Shown here piece by piece: positions 1-9,470 of a stretch of DNA of 21,027 nucleotides. Every line of letters starts with the position of its first letter. The stretch's first letter is position 1. The stretch is from Candidatus Oleincola secundus. GTDB taxonomy: Bacteria; Atribacterota; Phoenicimicrobiia; Phoenicimicrobiales; Stramentimicrobiaceae. The stretch covers positions 1 through 21,027 of the forward strand of contig JAGYLS010000028.1 in NCBI GenBank assembly GCA_018400815.1. Reading direction: 5' to 3'. Under the pieces are notes generated by a model. That model ran no database searches. It was not told the DNA's origin and saw nothing but the letters and a program-made list of their open reading frames with translations. Made by a program: the position numbers and the translations under genes.

Positions 1-2
1 TT

Positions 3-1934
3 CCTGTTAATGTGACACTAACAGAACAATATTTTGAAAATGTTACATTCAATTTTTATAAGGGTGGAGCGTTAAACGAAAGTGTTACTTTTACTGATGG
101 GACAAGATTTTATAATAAAACTGGTTGTACATGTGACGATTGGGCTATTAATGTAACAACATGCACAACTACCGGAAAATGCAATACTACAGAGACAAGG
201 TATTATACTATTGATATACTGCCTCCAGAAATAACCATAACTTCACCTTTAACCGGATATGCCTATTTATATCCAGGAACTGAATTAGATTTAAATTATA
301 TAGCCGTTGATGCTTCTGACCGTTTAGATAGTTGTTGGTATGAATATAATTTTACTATTAATCCTTTAACATGTGGGACTAATACGACTTTTAATTATCA
401 AACTGGATATGATAATATAACAGTTTATGCTAATGATACTTTCGGTAATGAAAATAGCTTAACTCGGGAATGGTCTTTATTCTTTGAAACGTTTGATTTA
501 ACTTATGAGCCAATTACTTATGAAGGCGTTGTTAATACTTATACAGCAGAGATAGATCTAGGAACTTCTGAGATATTAACAGCGGCAGTATTCAACTATA
601 ACGGCACAAATTATAGTAGTAGTATAAGTTATTCATCTGGGAGTTATATACTTTCTACTTCAATTACAGCCCCAAGTGTTACAGAAGACACTAATTTTAG
701 TTTTGGTTATATTGTGACGATAGGCGGGAGTGTTTATCAACCTAGAACAGATAACCAAACTGTCTCTAATGTAGAGTTTAGTAATTGTTCAACAGGAGAT
801 TTATTATTAAACTTTTCATTATTAGACGAAGAAACGAAGTCTGTATTATTGGGAGATATAGAACTTAACGCATATATTACTAATAAGGTTACTACTACTC
901 AAATTGATGAAATTAATTTGACTTATGATAATATCAGTTATGCACCTATATGTTTAACACCTAACGCATCTTTTGATAACTACTATTTCTTCTTAACCGC
1001 TAGGTATGAGTCGGACAATCATGTCCCAGAATTTTATAATATCCAACAGGCAGACCTAGCAGAATATCCGGCATATATTAATTTATATGATTTGTCGAGT
1101 AATTATAGCACAGAATTTTTAATAAAATATCAAGATGATAATTTAATTCCAGTTGAAGGTGCAATAATACAATTACAGAGGGCTTATATTGGAGAAGATG
1201 CCTATTATACAGTGGAAGCACCTAAAACATCTAATTTAGGGACTGCAATAGTTCATATCGATTTGAATACTAGAGAATATAGGGCGAGTGTTGTTAAGAA
1301 TGGTGAGGTATTAGGAACTTTTAATAATATAGTTTTTGATTGTGAAAATGAATTGTCCGGTTTATGTGAACATTCTTTAATAGGACAGATAAACCCTCAA
1401 AATATTATAGGCGGGGATGTATTAAGGGATTTCTCATATACTATAGCGGAAGTTAACGAAACAATAACAGTCTCGTTTAGTATTCCTAGCGGGACAGCAA
1501 GTGAGGTAGAAATCATTTTAAATCAAGAAGATTTGTTTGGCGATGAAAATTTATGTAACTCCTCAATAGTTTCAACAGGTGGAAGTTTATCTTGTTCGTA
1601 TAATGATAGTTTTAGTGATAGCACTTTAAATTTAAAAATATATAAAAATGATGTTTTAATAACAGATAAAACCTATATGGTTCCAGCCGATACAGACTTA
1701 GGATTTCTTGGTAATAATTTCTTTATAGTTTTCATATTTCTGGTAAGTTTGGTAGCAATGGCATACACATCTCCGGAATTTATGATATTTAATGCTGTCT
1801 TAACATTATTATTATTTGGTTCTTTATGGTTATTACAAGGGCTTAATTTTGTTACTGGGATAGGTGGTTTGGTATGGTTATTTATAGCCGGTGGAATATT
1901 AATATATAAATTAACATTACAAGAGGATAGATAA
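3..1934 (+). CDS. Large membrane-anchored viral glycoprotein (spike/adhesin-like), 5'-truncated
   Basis: Frame is open to the window edge (P-V-N before the GTG at 12). About 22 N-x-S/T sequons, paired Cys, an Ig-like segment (DILPPEITITSP...DSCWY...NITVYANDTFGN) and three C-terminal hydrophobic helices. Confidence 0.75.
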   Translation, partial: PVNVTLTEQYFENVTFNFYKGGALNESVTFTDGTRFYNKTGCTCDDWAINVTTCTTTGKCNTTETRYYTIDILPPEITITSPLTGYAYLYPGTELDLNYIAVDASDRLDSCWYEYNFTINPLTCGTNTTFNYQTGYDNITVYANDTFGNENSLTREWSLFFETFDLTYEPITYEGVVNTYTAEIDLGTSEILTAAVFNYNGTNYSSSISYSSGSYILSTSITAPSVTEDTNFSFGYIVTIGGSVYQPRTDNQTVSNVEFSNCSTGDLLLNFSLLDEETKSVLLGDIELNAYITNKVTTTQIDEINLTYDNISYAPICLTPNASFDNYYFFLTARYESDNHVPEFYNIQQADLAEYPAYINLYDLSSNYSTEFLIKYQDDNLIPVEGAIIQLQRAYIGEDAYYTVEAPKTSNLGTAIVHIDLNTREYRASVVKNGEVLGTFNNIVFDCENELSGLCEHSLIGQINPQNIIGGDVLRDFSYTIAEVNETITVSFSIPSGTASEVEIILNQEDLFGDENLCNSSIVSTGGSLSCSYNDSFSDSTLNLKIYKNDVLITDKTYMVPADTDLGFLGNNFFIVFIFLVSLVAMAYTSPEFMIFNAVLTLLLFGSLWLLQGLNFVTGIGGLVWLFIAGGILIYKLTLQEDR

Positions 1935-2372
1935 ATGGCACAAGATAGTATAAAGGATTTTGCTTTAACTTGGGTATTATTTGGTTTATTATTCATATCA
2001 TTATTAACATTTAGTATAAATTTTATTTATGATAATACCGATGATTTTTCAAGTAATGATTATTATAATAATTTTAATACTTACAATAGTAATATTACTA
2101 GCCAATTATATGAGTTAGATGAGACAACAAATGCTCTATTAAACACAACATCTAAAACCGATCCAACGGTTAGTGATTTGGGTAGTGCAGATTCAGTAAG
2201 CACCGGTTTTGGGACTATTAGTAAGCCAAGAGAGTTATTTCAACAAACATCTTCATTCATTAGATATATTTTCGATGGCACAACTGGACAAATATTAACA
2301 GCTACTATCGCAGGAATATTTGGCTTTATGGCTTTATATTTTATAGTTAAATGGATAAGGAATGGTATTTAA
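1935..2372 (+). CDS. Two-TM membrane protein, possible minor virion protein
   Basis: ATG directly follows the previous TAA. N- and C-terminal hydrophobic helices flank an N/T/S-rich loop with sequons. Confidence 0.7.
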   Translation: MAQDSIKDFALTWVLFGLLFISLLTFSINFIYDNTDDFSSNDYYNNFNTYNSNITSQLYELDETTNALLNTTSKTDPTVSDLGSADSVSTGFGTISKPRELFQQTSSFIRYIFDGTTGQILTATIAGIFGFMALYFIVKWIRNGI

Positions 2373-2373
2373 A

Positions 2374-2712
2374 ATGGACAAATATCAAACATTTTCAAAC
2401 TTTACAAACTCTACAGTCGGCGTAACACCAATCTTAGAGGCGGTTGTTCATGCTGTCCCGCCATTCTTTCCAGTGATATTATTTATGTTTTTTATATTAG
2501 GTTCTGCTGGTAGTTATTTCGCTATTCTTCAGACTACCGGAAGAAAACGTTTTTGGCATAGCTTAACAGCTATGAGTTTTATAACATTTATTGCATCTTT
2601 GCTAATAAGCGCTATGAATACAACAACGACAACCTTTCTTAGCGGTTACTGGATAGGGTTTTACATATTGATGACATTAGTTTCATGGTTTTTATTAACA
2701 CATTATAAGTAA
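2374..2712 (+). CDS. Small multi-TM membrane protein
   Basis: At least three hydrophobic segments. ATG 2374, 1 nt after the upstream stop, is preferred over 2362. Confidence 0.7.
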   Translation: MDKYQTFSNFTNSTVGVTPILEAVVHAVPPFFPVILFMFFILGSAGSYFAILQTTGRKRFWHSLTAMSFITFIASLLISAMNTTTTTFLSGYWIGFYILMTLVSWFLLTHYK

Positions 2713-2730
2713 TTGTAACCTTCACACCTC

Positions 2731-2807
2731 TTACAAACACACTTATAAATATTTGTAACAATAAATATTTATGGTTTATTTTTATAATCCAAACATCTGT
2801 AAGGAGG
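2731..2807 (+). promoter_or_regulatory. Promoter and RBS of the capsid-candidate gene
   Basis: TTATAAAT at 2743-2750, flanked by inverted repeat TTACAAA (2731-2737) / TTTGTAA (2752-2758). Strong SD AGGAGG at 2802-2807. Confidence 0.55.
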
Positions 2808-2817
2808 TTTTTTAAAA

Positions 2818-3099
2818 ATGAAAGGAAAAGATATTGCAAATAGTGTTAATACAGTAATGTTTGTTATAATTTCAGTTGTTGTAGCTGCTCTTATTACAGG
2901 AACACTTTTGGCTAATTCAGTTTTTTCATCTCTAACAATCATAAATACTACAGCTATGGCTAGTAGTTTTGGAACATTTGTTACTAATTTAATTGCTTTC
3001 TTGGCAGTTATAGGAACTATTGTAGGTGTTGTATGGTTGGTCTCTTACGTTAAGAAATTATTCGATAAGAAAGAGGGATTACAAAACTTAACAGCTTAA
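2818..3099 (+). CDS. Putative major capsid protein of spindle-shaped-virus type
   Basis: 93 aa with two long hydrophobic helices joined by a short linker containing an NTT sequon, basic N-terminus and basic residues near the C-terminus. It has its own promoter, a strong SD and a structured 3' end, as expected for a highly expressed gene. Confidence 0.55.
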   Translation: MKGKDIANSVNTVMFVIISVVVAALITGTLLANSVFSSLTIINTTAMASSFGTFVTNLIAFLAVIGTIVGVVWLVSYVKKLFDKKEGLQNLTA

Positions 3100-3115
3100 T
3101 TTTGTATTTAGACTT

Positions 3116-3197
3116 TAGGAGGACGGGCAACCTCTATAACTCAACCCGCAAGACTACGGTAGAACATCGTGGGGAGGGTGTAAATCCCTCACTTTTT
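3116..3197 (+). terminator. GC-rich structured 3' UTR / terminator
   Basis: Stems GAGG/CCTC (3119-22/3131-34), CTACGGT/ATCGTGG (3154-60/3166-72, with G-U pairs) and GAGGG/CCCTC (3174-78/3186-90), followed by a T5 tract. Confidence 0.55.
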
Positions 3198-3203
3198 ACA
3201 TAC
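3195..3203 (+). repeat. Left target-site duplication TTTACATAC
   Basis: Identical to 9488-9496 and abuts the left TIR. Confidence 0.93.
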
Positions 3204-3220
3204 GGCTTTGTTTAATAAGT
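3204..3220 (+). repeat. Left terminal inverted repeat GGCTTTGTTTAATAAGT
   Basis: Exact reverse complement of 9471-9487. Confidence 0.95.
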
Positions 3221-3343
3221 CATAATTAGTCAATACTTTTTAAACAGAAAATGAAAAATGAAAAAATTTTGAAAGGGGGTGAAATAGCAGAAGAAAAGAT
3301 TAAAAGTAGTGAAAACCTTAATAATTTAGAGGTTGAAGAAAAA

Positions 3344-3499
3344 ATGGCAAGTTATGTAAAAAATGGCAGAAGGTATTATACAACTAAAAGAGAAGCATTA
3401 ATGGCTCGGAGAAAGGGAGACCGAATTTATTATGATGCTTTTGAAGGGGCTTATTATATTGTAAGACCATCATCAAAAAAGTCATTTTGGGGGTGGTAG
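3344..3499 (+). CDS. Small basic/aromatic passenger protein (51 aa; 82 aa if started at 3251)
   Basis: MASYVKNGRRYYTTKREAL...FWGW, preceded by an SD-like GAGGT. Start codon uncertain. Confidence 0.5.
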   Translation: MASYVKNGRRYYTTKREALMARRKGDRIYYDAFEGAYYIVRPSSKKSFWGW

Positions 3500-3501
3500 C
3501 T

Positions 3502-3993
3502 ATGGTTAAAGAGAAACCCCAAATAAGTTTTATTTCTATATTACACAAAATAAAGGATTTATATCAAAAGTATGATGATATAAACACAGAAGAAGATTTA
3601 GAAAATTTAATTTATTTTTACGAAAAGAAAGAAGATTATTCTAATAAAGATTTACAAAAACTTCAATTAAAATGTTCAGAAGAATGGGGAAATGTGTTAA
3701 TTGCCTTGTGTGAATCAATTAAAAAGAAAATAGGAAAAAGTAAAAGTAAACAAAAATTATTTGGTTCTCATTTAAGAAAAGCAGATAGATTAAAGGTTCG
3801 TATTGAAGAAAACAACCTTGAATTAGAAGATTATGAAAATATGTTTTATGACGAGATTGAAGGATTAAAAGATAATTTTGATTCAGCAATGATTAAACAC
3901 ACTATTGAATGGAAAAGATTCTGGTGGGGTTTAGGTATGGGTTTTGTTTTAGGTATTTTAGGTTCGATTTTGGTTATTATTTTCTTAAATTAA
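3502..3993 (+). CDS. Helical passenger protein with C-terminal TM anchor
   Basis: ATG lies 2 nt after the upstream stop. Charged helical body with terminal helix FWWGLGMGFVLGILGSILVIIFL. Its stop overlaps the transposase stop (TTAA 3990-3993). Confidence 0.7.
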   Translation: MVKEKPQISFISILHKIKDLYQKYDDINTEEDLENLIYFYEKKEDYSNKDLQKLQLKCSEEWGNVLIALCESIKKKIGKSKSKQKLFGSHLRKADRLKVRIEENNLELEDYENMFYDEIEGLKDNFDSAMIKHTIEWKRFWWGLGMGFVLGILGSILVIIFLN

Positions 3994-5246
3994 ATTTCTC
4001 TTGTCTGTTCAAGACTAAATTCTGCTTTAACCCCCAATTCGTTTATTTCTTGAATTACAACACAGATATTATGGCATAAAACTTTAATCAAAAGTTCGTT
4101 AAATTGTGCTGTATGCTTTTTGCTTTTGATATCTCCCCTAAATTTTGTTTTAATCATATGGAAGATTGTTTCGGAGTTAGACCTTTTATGATAGTGTTCT
4201 AAAAATTCATCGTGCTTATACATAAAGTAATGATACATTTTACCCCAAATTGAACAACCACCCCTTTTCCCTGTAACATTCTTTTTGAAAGGAATATAAG
4301 GAGTTCCGCCAACTTCCTCAATAACCTTAAAGTTCTTTCTTGAATTATAAGCCTTATCTCCGCTTACTTCTGAAATTCCAAAGTTCTCGGCTGTTTTCTT
4401 AACTAACTCTTTTAATTGTGGGCTGTCGTTTTCTTGCCCTTCTGTTATTTTAACCCCTGTAATAACATTAGTTTTAACTCCGCTTATCAAATGGGCTTTT
4501 AACCAAACTTTATATTTTCGTTCTTTACCCCATTTGTAATCAAACCATCTCGCATATCTTGAAGTGGAAAATCCAGAACTATCAACTGCAAAGTCTTTTT
4601 CAATTTCTTTAAGAGGTAGAGAACTGATTGTTATCAAACTTTCAATAATTTGTTTTACTTCTTCTTTATTCATAAAATTAGATAACGAAGAATAACAAGG
4701 CACATTATCAACTAACTTCGTAATCAGGCTATTTTTATATCTGACATAAACCGTCTTAAAAGAAAATCCTGTATAAACTTTCATAACAGAGCCAAAAAAG
4801 ATATCGCTAAAAGGCAAAGTTAAGGACCAAATTTATATTCTGGCTGTTCACATTCTCGTACAAATCTTTTAACAACTTCATAAAAATTAACTTCTCGTTT
4901 GTTTGGGATTTATTATAAGCAGACTATTTGAGAATATTGTTTTAATATTAACTCCTCTTGTTTCTGTTATCTTTCCTTCTTCATCTATTTGTCTTTTAAT
5001 GTAAAGTCTCTACTGCGAAAATATGTCTTGCATTTTCCCTTTCTTAATTGACAATCTGGGCAAGTGCATTTAGGTTCTGTGTCCGTTAAAACTTACCTTG
5101 TATGCCTTAAAATGAGTTTGAGAGCCAACAACCCACAGTTATCTTTCTGTCTAATTCTCCCATTCTCAAGATTAACTTTACCTCGTTCTTCTCGGTTAAG
5201 TTTTCTTATAAATTGCTTGTTTGTATTTGATTATTTACTTTATCAT
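3990..5246 (-). pseudogene. SWIM-zinc-finger + DDE transposase (IS5 family, IS903-like) with frameshifted N-terminal part
   Basis: The open C-terminal frame has AVDSSG, SGDKAY and YHKRSNSETIFHMIK (Y-x2-R-x3-E-x6-K). Upstream fragments in shifting frames include CTCPDCQLRKGKCK / HIFAVE (~5010-5068), SAYNKSQTNEKLIFMKLLKDL and SLRRFMSDIKIA. Confidence 0.85.
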
Positions 5247-5403
5247 CTTACTTATATAAGTAATAACTACTATATAAACCTTTTAGTTTTGTTATAATGT
5301 ACATATATGTACAGTATAAATGATTAGAAAATATGAAATTAACTAATATTAACAATGTTTTTATAAACAATAAGTATATAAAGAATAATAACCTATAAAA
5401 GTT
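5247..5403. promoter_or_regulatory. Divergent promoter region with palindromic operator candidates
   Basis: TATA-like boxes at 5271-5278 (minus) and 5375-5382 (plus, 29 nt from ATG 5404). Perfect 16-bp palindromes at 5248-5263 and 5298-5313. Confidence 0.6.
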
Positions 5404-5604
5404 ATGGAAAATAAGGATGATTATAAAATAAAAATAAATGTTAATGCTTACAAGTGCTTGAGATGTGGGCATGAGTGGATTCCAAGAGTAGAATTAGAGC
5501 AATTAAAAGGAGAATTAAAAGAAAAGCCGAGAATATGCCCTAAGTGTAAAAGTGCATATTGGGATTTAAAGAAAAAAAATAAGGATAAAGATGGCAAAAA
5601 GTAA
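5404..5604 (+). CDS. Small C4 zinc-ribbon protein, probable DNA-binding regulator
   Basis: CLRCGHEWIPR...PRICPKCKSAYWD. Divergent from the transposase and overlapping the mod start. Confidence 0.8.
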   Translation: MENKDDYKIKINVNAYKCLRCGHEWIPRVELEQLKGELKEKPRICPKCKSAYWDLKKKNKDKDGKK

Positions 5605-7246
5605 AAAAAATAAATGGGAAAATTGGACAGAAAAGGATTATCAAAAAGAGATTGATTCTTTAAGAAAGAAAAAAACTTATGGTTTAGTTTGGGAAGAAGA
5701 TAAAACCAAAGAAGCATTTGATTATTATATTAACTGGGAAGGAGAGCAGACTAAAGAAACTTTTGGAGAAGAAGATAATAAATTTCCTGTTCTAAAGGAA
5801 GTTAAAAATAAAGCAATTGATAACAAAGACCCAAAATATAATTTATTAATTGAAGGAGACAATTATCATTCTCTTGCTGTTTTAAATTTCACACACAATA
5901 AAGCAATTGATGTTATTTACATAGACCCACCATATAACACAGGCAATAAAGATTTCAAATATAATGATAATTGGGTAGATAAGGAAGATGGTTACAGGCA
6001 TAGTAAATATTTATCTTTTATGAGTAAAAGATTAAAATTAGCAAGAAATTTATTAAAGCCATCAGGGGGGATTTTTATTTCAATTGACCATATAGAATTA
6101 GCACAATTAAAAATATTATGTGATGATGTTTTTGGAGAACAAAATTTTGTTAATATAATTGTGTGGAAAAAAACAAACTCTCCAAAATCTCAATCTAATT
6201 CCTTAGGTAATCAACACGAATATGTTTTATTTTATGCAAGAGATATTACAAAACTTAAAATAAATAAATCTGCGGGAGAATTAGACGAGAAATATAAATC
6301 TGCTTTTAGATATGATGATAATGATGGGAGGGGTTTATATCAAACTGTCGCCTTGGTGGCTGGAGGAAGTCAAAGAAGTGATAAAAGAAAATCCTTTGAA
6401 TTTCATGGAGTCACAGACCAATGGCTTTACAAAAAAGAAAAATTAGAGGGATGGTGGGAAGATAATCGAATTTATAAGACCAAAGGGGGGAAATATAGAT
6501 TAAAGGATTATCTTAATGAAAAGGAAGGAAAACTATTATCAGATATTTGGATTGATGATGAAATAAAAGCTCTTCAAGGCGGTTCATCTGAATATTTAGG
6601 GTTCTTGACTCAGAAACCATTATCTTTAATCAAACGAATTTTAAAATTATTTGATAATAAAACCATCGTTTTAGATTTTTTTGCAGGTTCAGGAACAACA
6701 GGACATGCAACAATGCTATTAAATCAAGAAGACGAGGGCAGAAGAAAATTTATACTTTGCACAAATAACGAGGATAATAATGGAGATGGGAAAAAGATTG
6801 CAGAAGATATATGTTATCCAAGATTAAAAAATTCTATTAAGGGCATAAATGGAAAAGGTAAATCTGAGAAGCCAATTGATGAAAATCTAAAATATTACAA
6901 ACATGATTTTATTGAATCTGCACCAACAGACCAAAACAAAAAGAAGATTGTGGATAAATCAACAGAAATGCTTTGCATAAAAGAAAATGCCTTTAAGCCA
7001 ATTAAAGAAAAAGAAGGATATAAGATTTTCAAAAATACAGATATTCATTTAGGGATTATTTTTGATGAAGAAGAAATAAACGAATTTATCAAAGATGCAA
7101 AAGAAATAAAAGGCAAATTTCATGTTTATTGTTTCTCTTTAGATAATAGTATTCCAGAAAAAGAATTTAAAGCAATGAAAAGCAAAGTTAAATTATGTGC
7201 GATTCCAGAAGCGGTTTTGCATGTTTATAGGAGAATATTCAAATGA
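5591..7246 (+). CDS. mod: Type III R-M methyltransferase (beta-class amino-MTase)
   Basis: NLLIEGDN, motif IV VIYIDPPYN preceding motif I VLDFFAGSGTTGHA, RKFILCTNNE. ATGA-coupled to res. Confidence 0.92.
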   Translation: MAKSKKNKWENWTEKDYQKEIDSLRKKKTYGLVWEEDKTKEAFDYYINWEGEQTKETFGEEDNKFPVLKEVKNKAIDNKDPKYNLLIEGDNYHSLAVLNFTHNKAIDVIYIDPPYNTGNKDFKYNDNWVDKEDGYRHSKYLSFMSKRLKLARNLLKPSGGIFISIDHIELAQLKILCDDVFGEQNFVNIIVWKKTNSPKSQSNSLGNQHEYVLFYARDITKLKINKSAGELDEKYKSAFRYDDNDGRGLYQTVALVAGGSQRSDKRKSFEFHGVTDQWLYKKEKLEGWWEDNRIYKTKGGKYRLKDYLNEKEGKLLSDIWIDDEIKALQGGSSEYLGFLTQKPLSLIKRILKLFDNKTIVLDFFAGSGTTGHATMLLNQEDEGRRKFILCTNNEDNNGDGKKIAEDICYPRLKNSIKGINGKGKSEKPIDENLKYYKHDFIESAPTDQNKKKIVDKSTEMLCIKENAFKPIKEKEGYKIFKNTDIHLGIIFDEEEINEFIKDAKEIKGKFHVYCFSLDNSIPEKEFKAMKSKVKLCAIPEAVLHVYRRIFK

Positions 7247-9441
7247 TTGAATTAAAAGAATACCAAGAAAATGCAATTGAAGATTTAAGAAAAGAAACAG
7301 ACAAACTTTTAGATTTTTCAGAAAATAAAATCTGTGTCTTTAAATCTCCGACAGGTTCAGGGAAAACTTTAATGGTTGCAGAGTTCCTAAAAAGATTAGT
7401 AACTCAAAGAACAGACGATAAAAGTTTATCATTTATTTGGATTTCTGTAAATAAACTTCACGACCAAAGTAAAGAAAGTTTAGAAAGATATTATGAAACC
7501 TCAAGAGTTCTAAAGTGTTCTAATTTTGATGACTTAGAAGATAAAAGAATTGGGGAAAATGAAATATTATTTTTTAATTGGCAAAGCATAAACAAAAAAG
7601 GGAATATATTTATCAGAGAAAATGAATATGATAATAACCTTTCTAATATAATTTCAAATACTAAGGAAGATGGCAGAGAGATTATTTTGATAATTGACGA
7701 AAGCCACCACACAGCAAGTGCAGAAAAATCAATGGAAGTTATAGAGGCAATAAATCCAAAAGTTACTTTGGAAGTTTCAGCAACTCCAAAAATTAAAGAT
7801 ATTTCTGGAATTGTAGAGGTTGATTTTAATCAAGTCATAATTGATGGAATGATAAAAAAGGAAGTTGCAATAAATCCAGAATTAGATAAAATAGGCAAGG
7901 TAAGTGGAAAAAGCACAGATGAATTAGTTATTGAATCCGCACTAAAAAAACGAGAAGATTTATCTAAGAAATATAAGAAAGAAGGCACAGACATAAATCC
8001 TCTTGTATTAATTCAATTACCAGATAAAAAAGCAGGAGTTATTGACCGACAAGAAGAAATAATAAATATTCTCAAAAATAAATTTAACATAACAACTGAA
8101 AACGGAAAATTAGCAATTTATCTTTCAGATAAAGATAGCAAGATTAATTTAGAAAACATAGAAAAACCAAACAACGAAACACAAGTATTAATTTTCAAAC
8201 AAGCGATTGCAATTGGTTGGGATTGCCCAAGAGCCTCAATCTTAATTTTATTTAGAGATTGGAAAAGTATAACCTTTTCTATTCAGACAGTTGGAAGAAT
8301 AATGAGAATGCCAGAATTTAAGCATTATGATGAAGACGATTTAAACAAGGGTTATGTATTCACAAACCTTTCAGATGTTCAAATTGCCGAAGATATTGCA
8401 AAAGATTATTTAACAATTTACGAAGCAAAAAGAAGAGAAGATATTTACAAAAATATTGATTTAGAATCTGTTTATCTCAGAAGACAAAGAGAAAAAACAA
8501 GATTGTCTGGAGAATTTTCTAAAATCTATTTAGAAATTGCCAAAAAGGATAAACTAAAAGACAAGATAGAAAAAGAAATATCTGAATTAGTAAATAGTGT
8601 TATTGTTGATGGAAAAATAGTTAATTTGGATAAAATACAAATTATTAAACCAAAGGATAGATTAGAAATAAAGAAAACAGAAAGAGAACTACAATATCAA
8701 TTTGATTTATTTATTCGTTCTGTTTGCACTCCTTTTGCCCCTGCGGATTCAAGTGGAAGAATTAAAACAGCATTATACAAATTTTTTGAAAAGGAAATGA
8801 AAATAGATGATTACTCTTTAATTCAAAAATTGATTTTAGGGAAAGAAAATAATCAATTTTTTACAGATTCTATTAATAAGGCAAAAGAAGAATACAAAAT
8901 AAAAGTTGTTGATGAGGCAAATAAGCAAAGAGATTCAGATTATTATGTTTGGAATGTTCCTGAATCTGTGCCTTATAATGCTAAGGCAAAAGAAATGGAT
9001 TACAAAAAATCAATAATGAAACCACATTATACAAAATCTGAAAGTAAGCCAGAAAAAGAATTTATTGAATTATTAGAAGAAAAAGATAATAGTGTTATTT
9101 GGTGGTATAAAAATGGGGAAAGCGAAAAAAAGTATTTTTCAGTAGAATATATTGATAAGAACGGAATAAAAAGAGGATTTTATGTAGATTTTATAGTATT
9201 AACAAAAGATGGGAAAATAGGGTTGTTTGATACAAAGGGCGGAAGAACAGCAGAAGATGCAGGAGAAAAGGCAGAAGCCCTACAAAAATATATCTCAAAT
9301 CAAAATAAGAAGAGAAAAAATAAATTATGGGGCGGAATTGTGGTTTTACAAGAAGGCAGTTGTAGATATAATGAATCTCAAAATTATAAATTTGATGAAA
9401 ACAATTTAGGAGAAGATTGGAAATTCCTAAACTTTAAATAA
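7243..9441 (+). CDS. res: Type III restriction endonuclease subunit (SF2 helicase-like ATPase + PD-(D/E)xK nuclease)
   Basis: LKEYQ, SPTGSGKT, IIDESHH, SATP, GWDCPRA, QTVGRIMR, and C-terminal FYVDFIV...FDTKG. Confidence 0.92.
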   Translation: MIELKEYQENAIEDLRKETDKLLDFSENKICVFKSPTGSGKTLMVAEFLKRLVTQRTDDKSLSFIWISVNKLHDQSKESLERYYETSRVLKCSNFDDLEDKRIGENEILFFNWQSINKKGNIFIRENEYDNNLSNIISNTKEDGREIILIIDESHHTASAEKSMEVIEAINPKVTLEVSATPKIKDISGIVEVDFNQVIIDGMIKKEVAINPELDKIGKVSGKSTDELVIESALKKREDLSKKYKKEGTDINPLVLIQLPDKKAGVIDRQEEIINILKNKFNITTENGKLAIYLSDKDSKINLENIEKPNNETQVLIFKQAIAIGWDCPRASILILFRDWKSITFSIQTVGRIMRMPEFKHYDEDDLNKGYVFTNLSDVQIAEDIAKDYLTIYEAKRREDIYKNIDLESVYLRRQREKTRLSGEFSKIYLEIAKKDKLKDKIEKEISELVNSVIVDGKIVNLDKIQIIKPKDRLEIKKTERELQYQFDLFIRSVCTPFAPADSSGRIKTALYKFFEKEMKIDDYSLIQKLILGKENNQFFTDSINKAKEEYKIKVVDEANKQRDSDYYVWNVPESVPYNAKAKEMDYKKSIMKPHYTKSESKPEKEFIELLEEKDNSVIWWYKNGESEKKYFSVEYIDKNGIKRGFYVDFIVLTKDGKIGLFDTKGGRTAEDAGEKAEALQKYISNQNKKRKNKLWGGIVVLQEGSCRYNESQNYKFDENNLGEDWKFLNFK

Positions 9442-9470
9442 AGTTAAGTAGGACTTTTTAAACAGCCACT

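Noticed and set aside
3131..3197. tRNA or tRNA-derived att site (TAACTCAA...GGTAGAAC and a T-arm-like GAGGG-TGTAAAT-CCCTC)
   Set aside because: No acceptor stem or proper anticodon arm, and the loop lacks TTC. It also does not fit the twister, HDV or hammerhead consensus as I recall them.
3990..4817. Stand-alone complete 275-aa transposase
   Set aside because: It starts at an internal TTG. Conserved-looking sequence continues upstream in other frames to ~5246.
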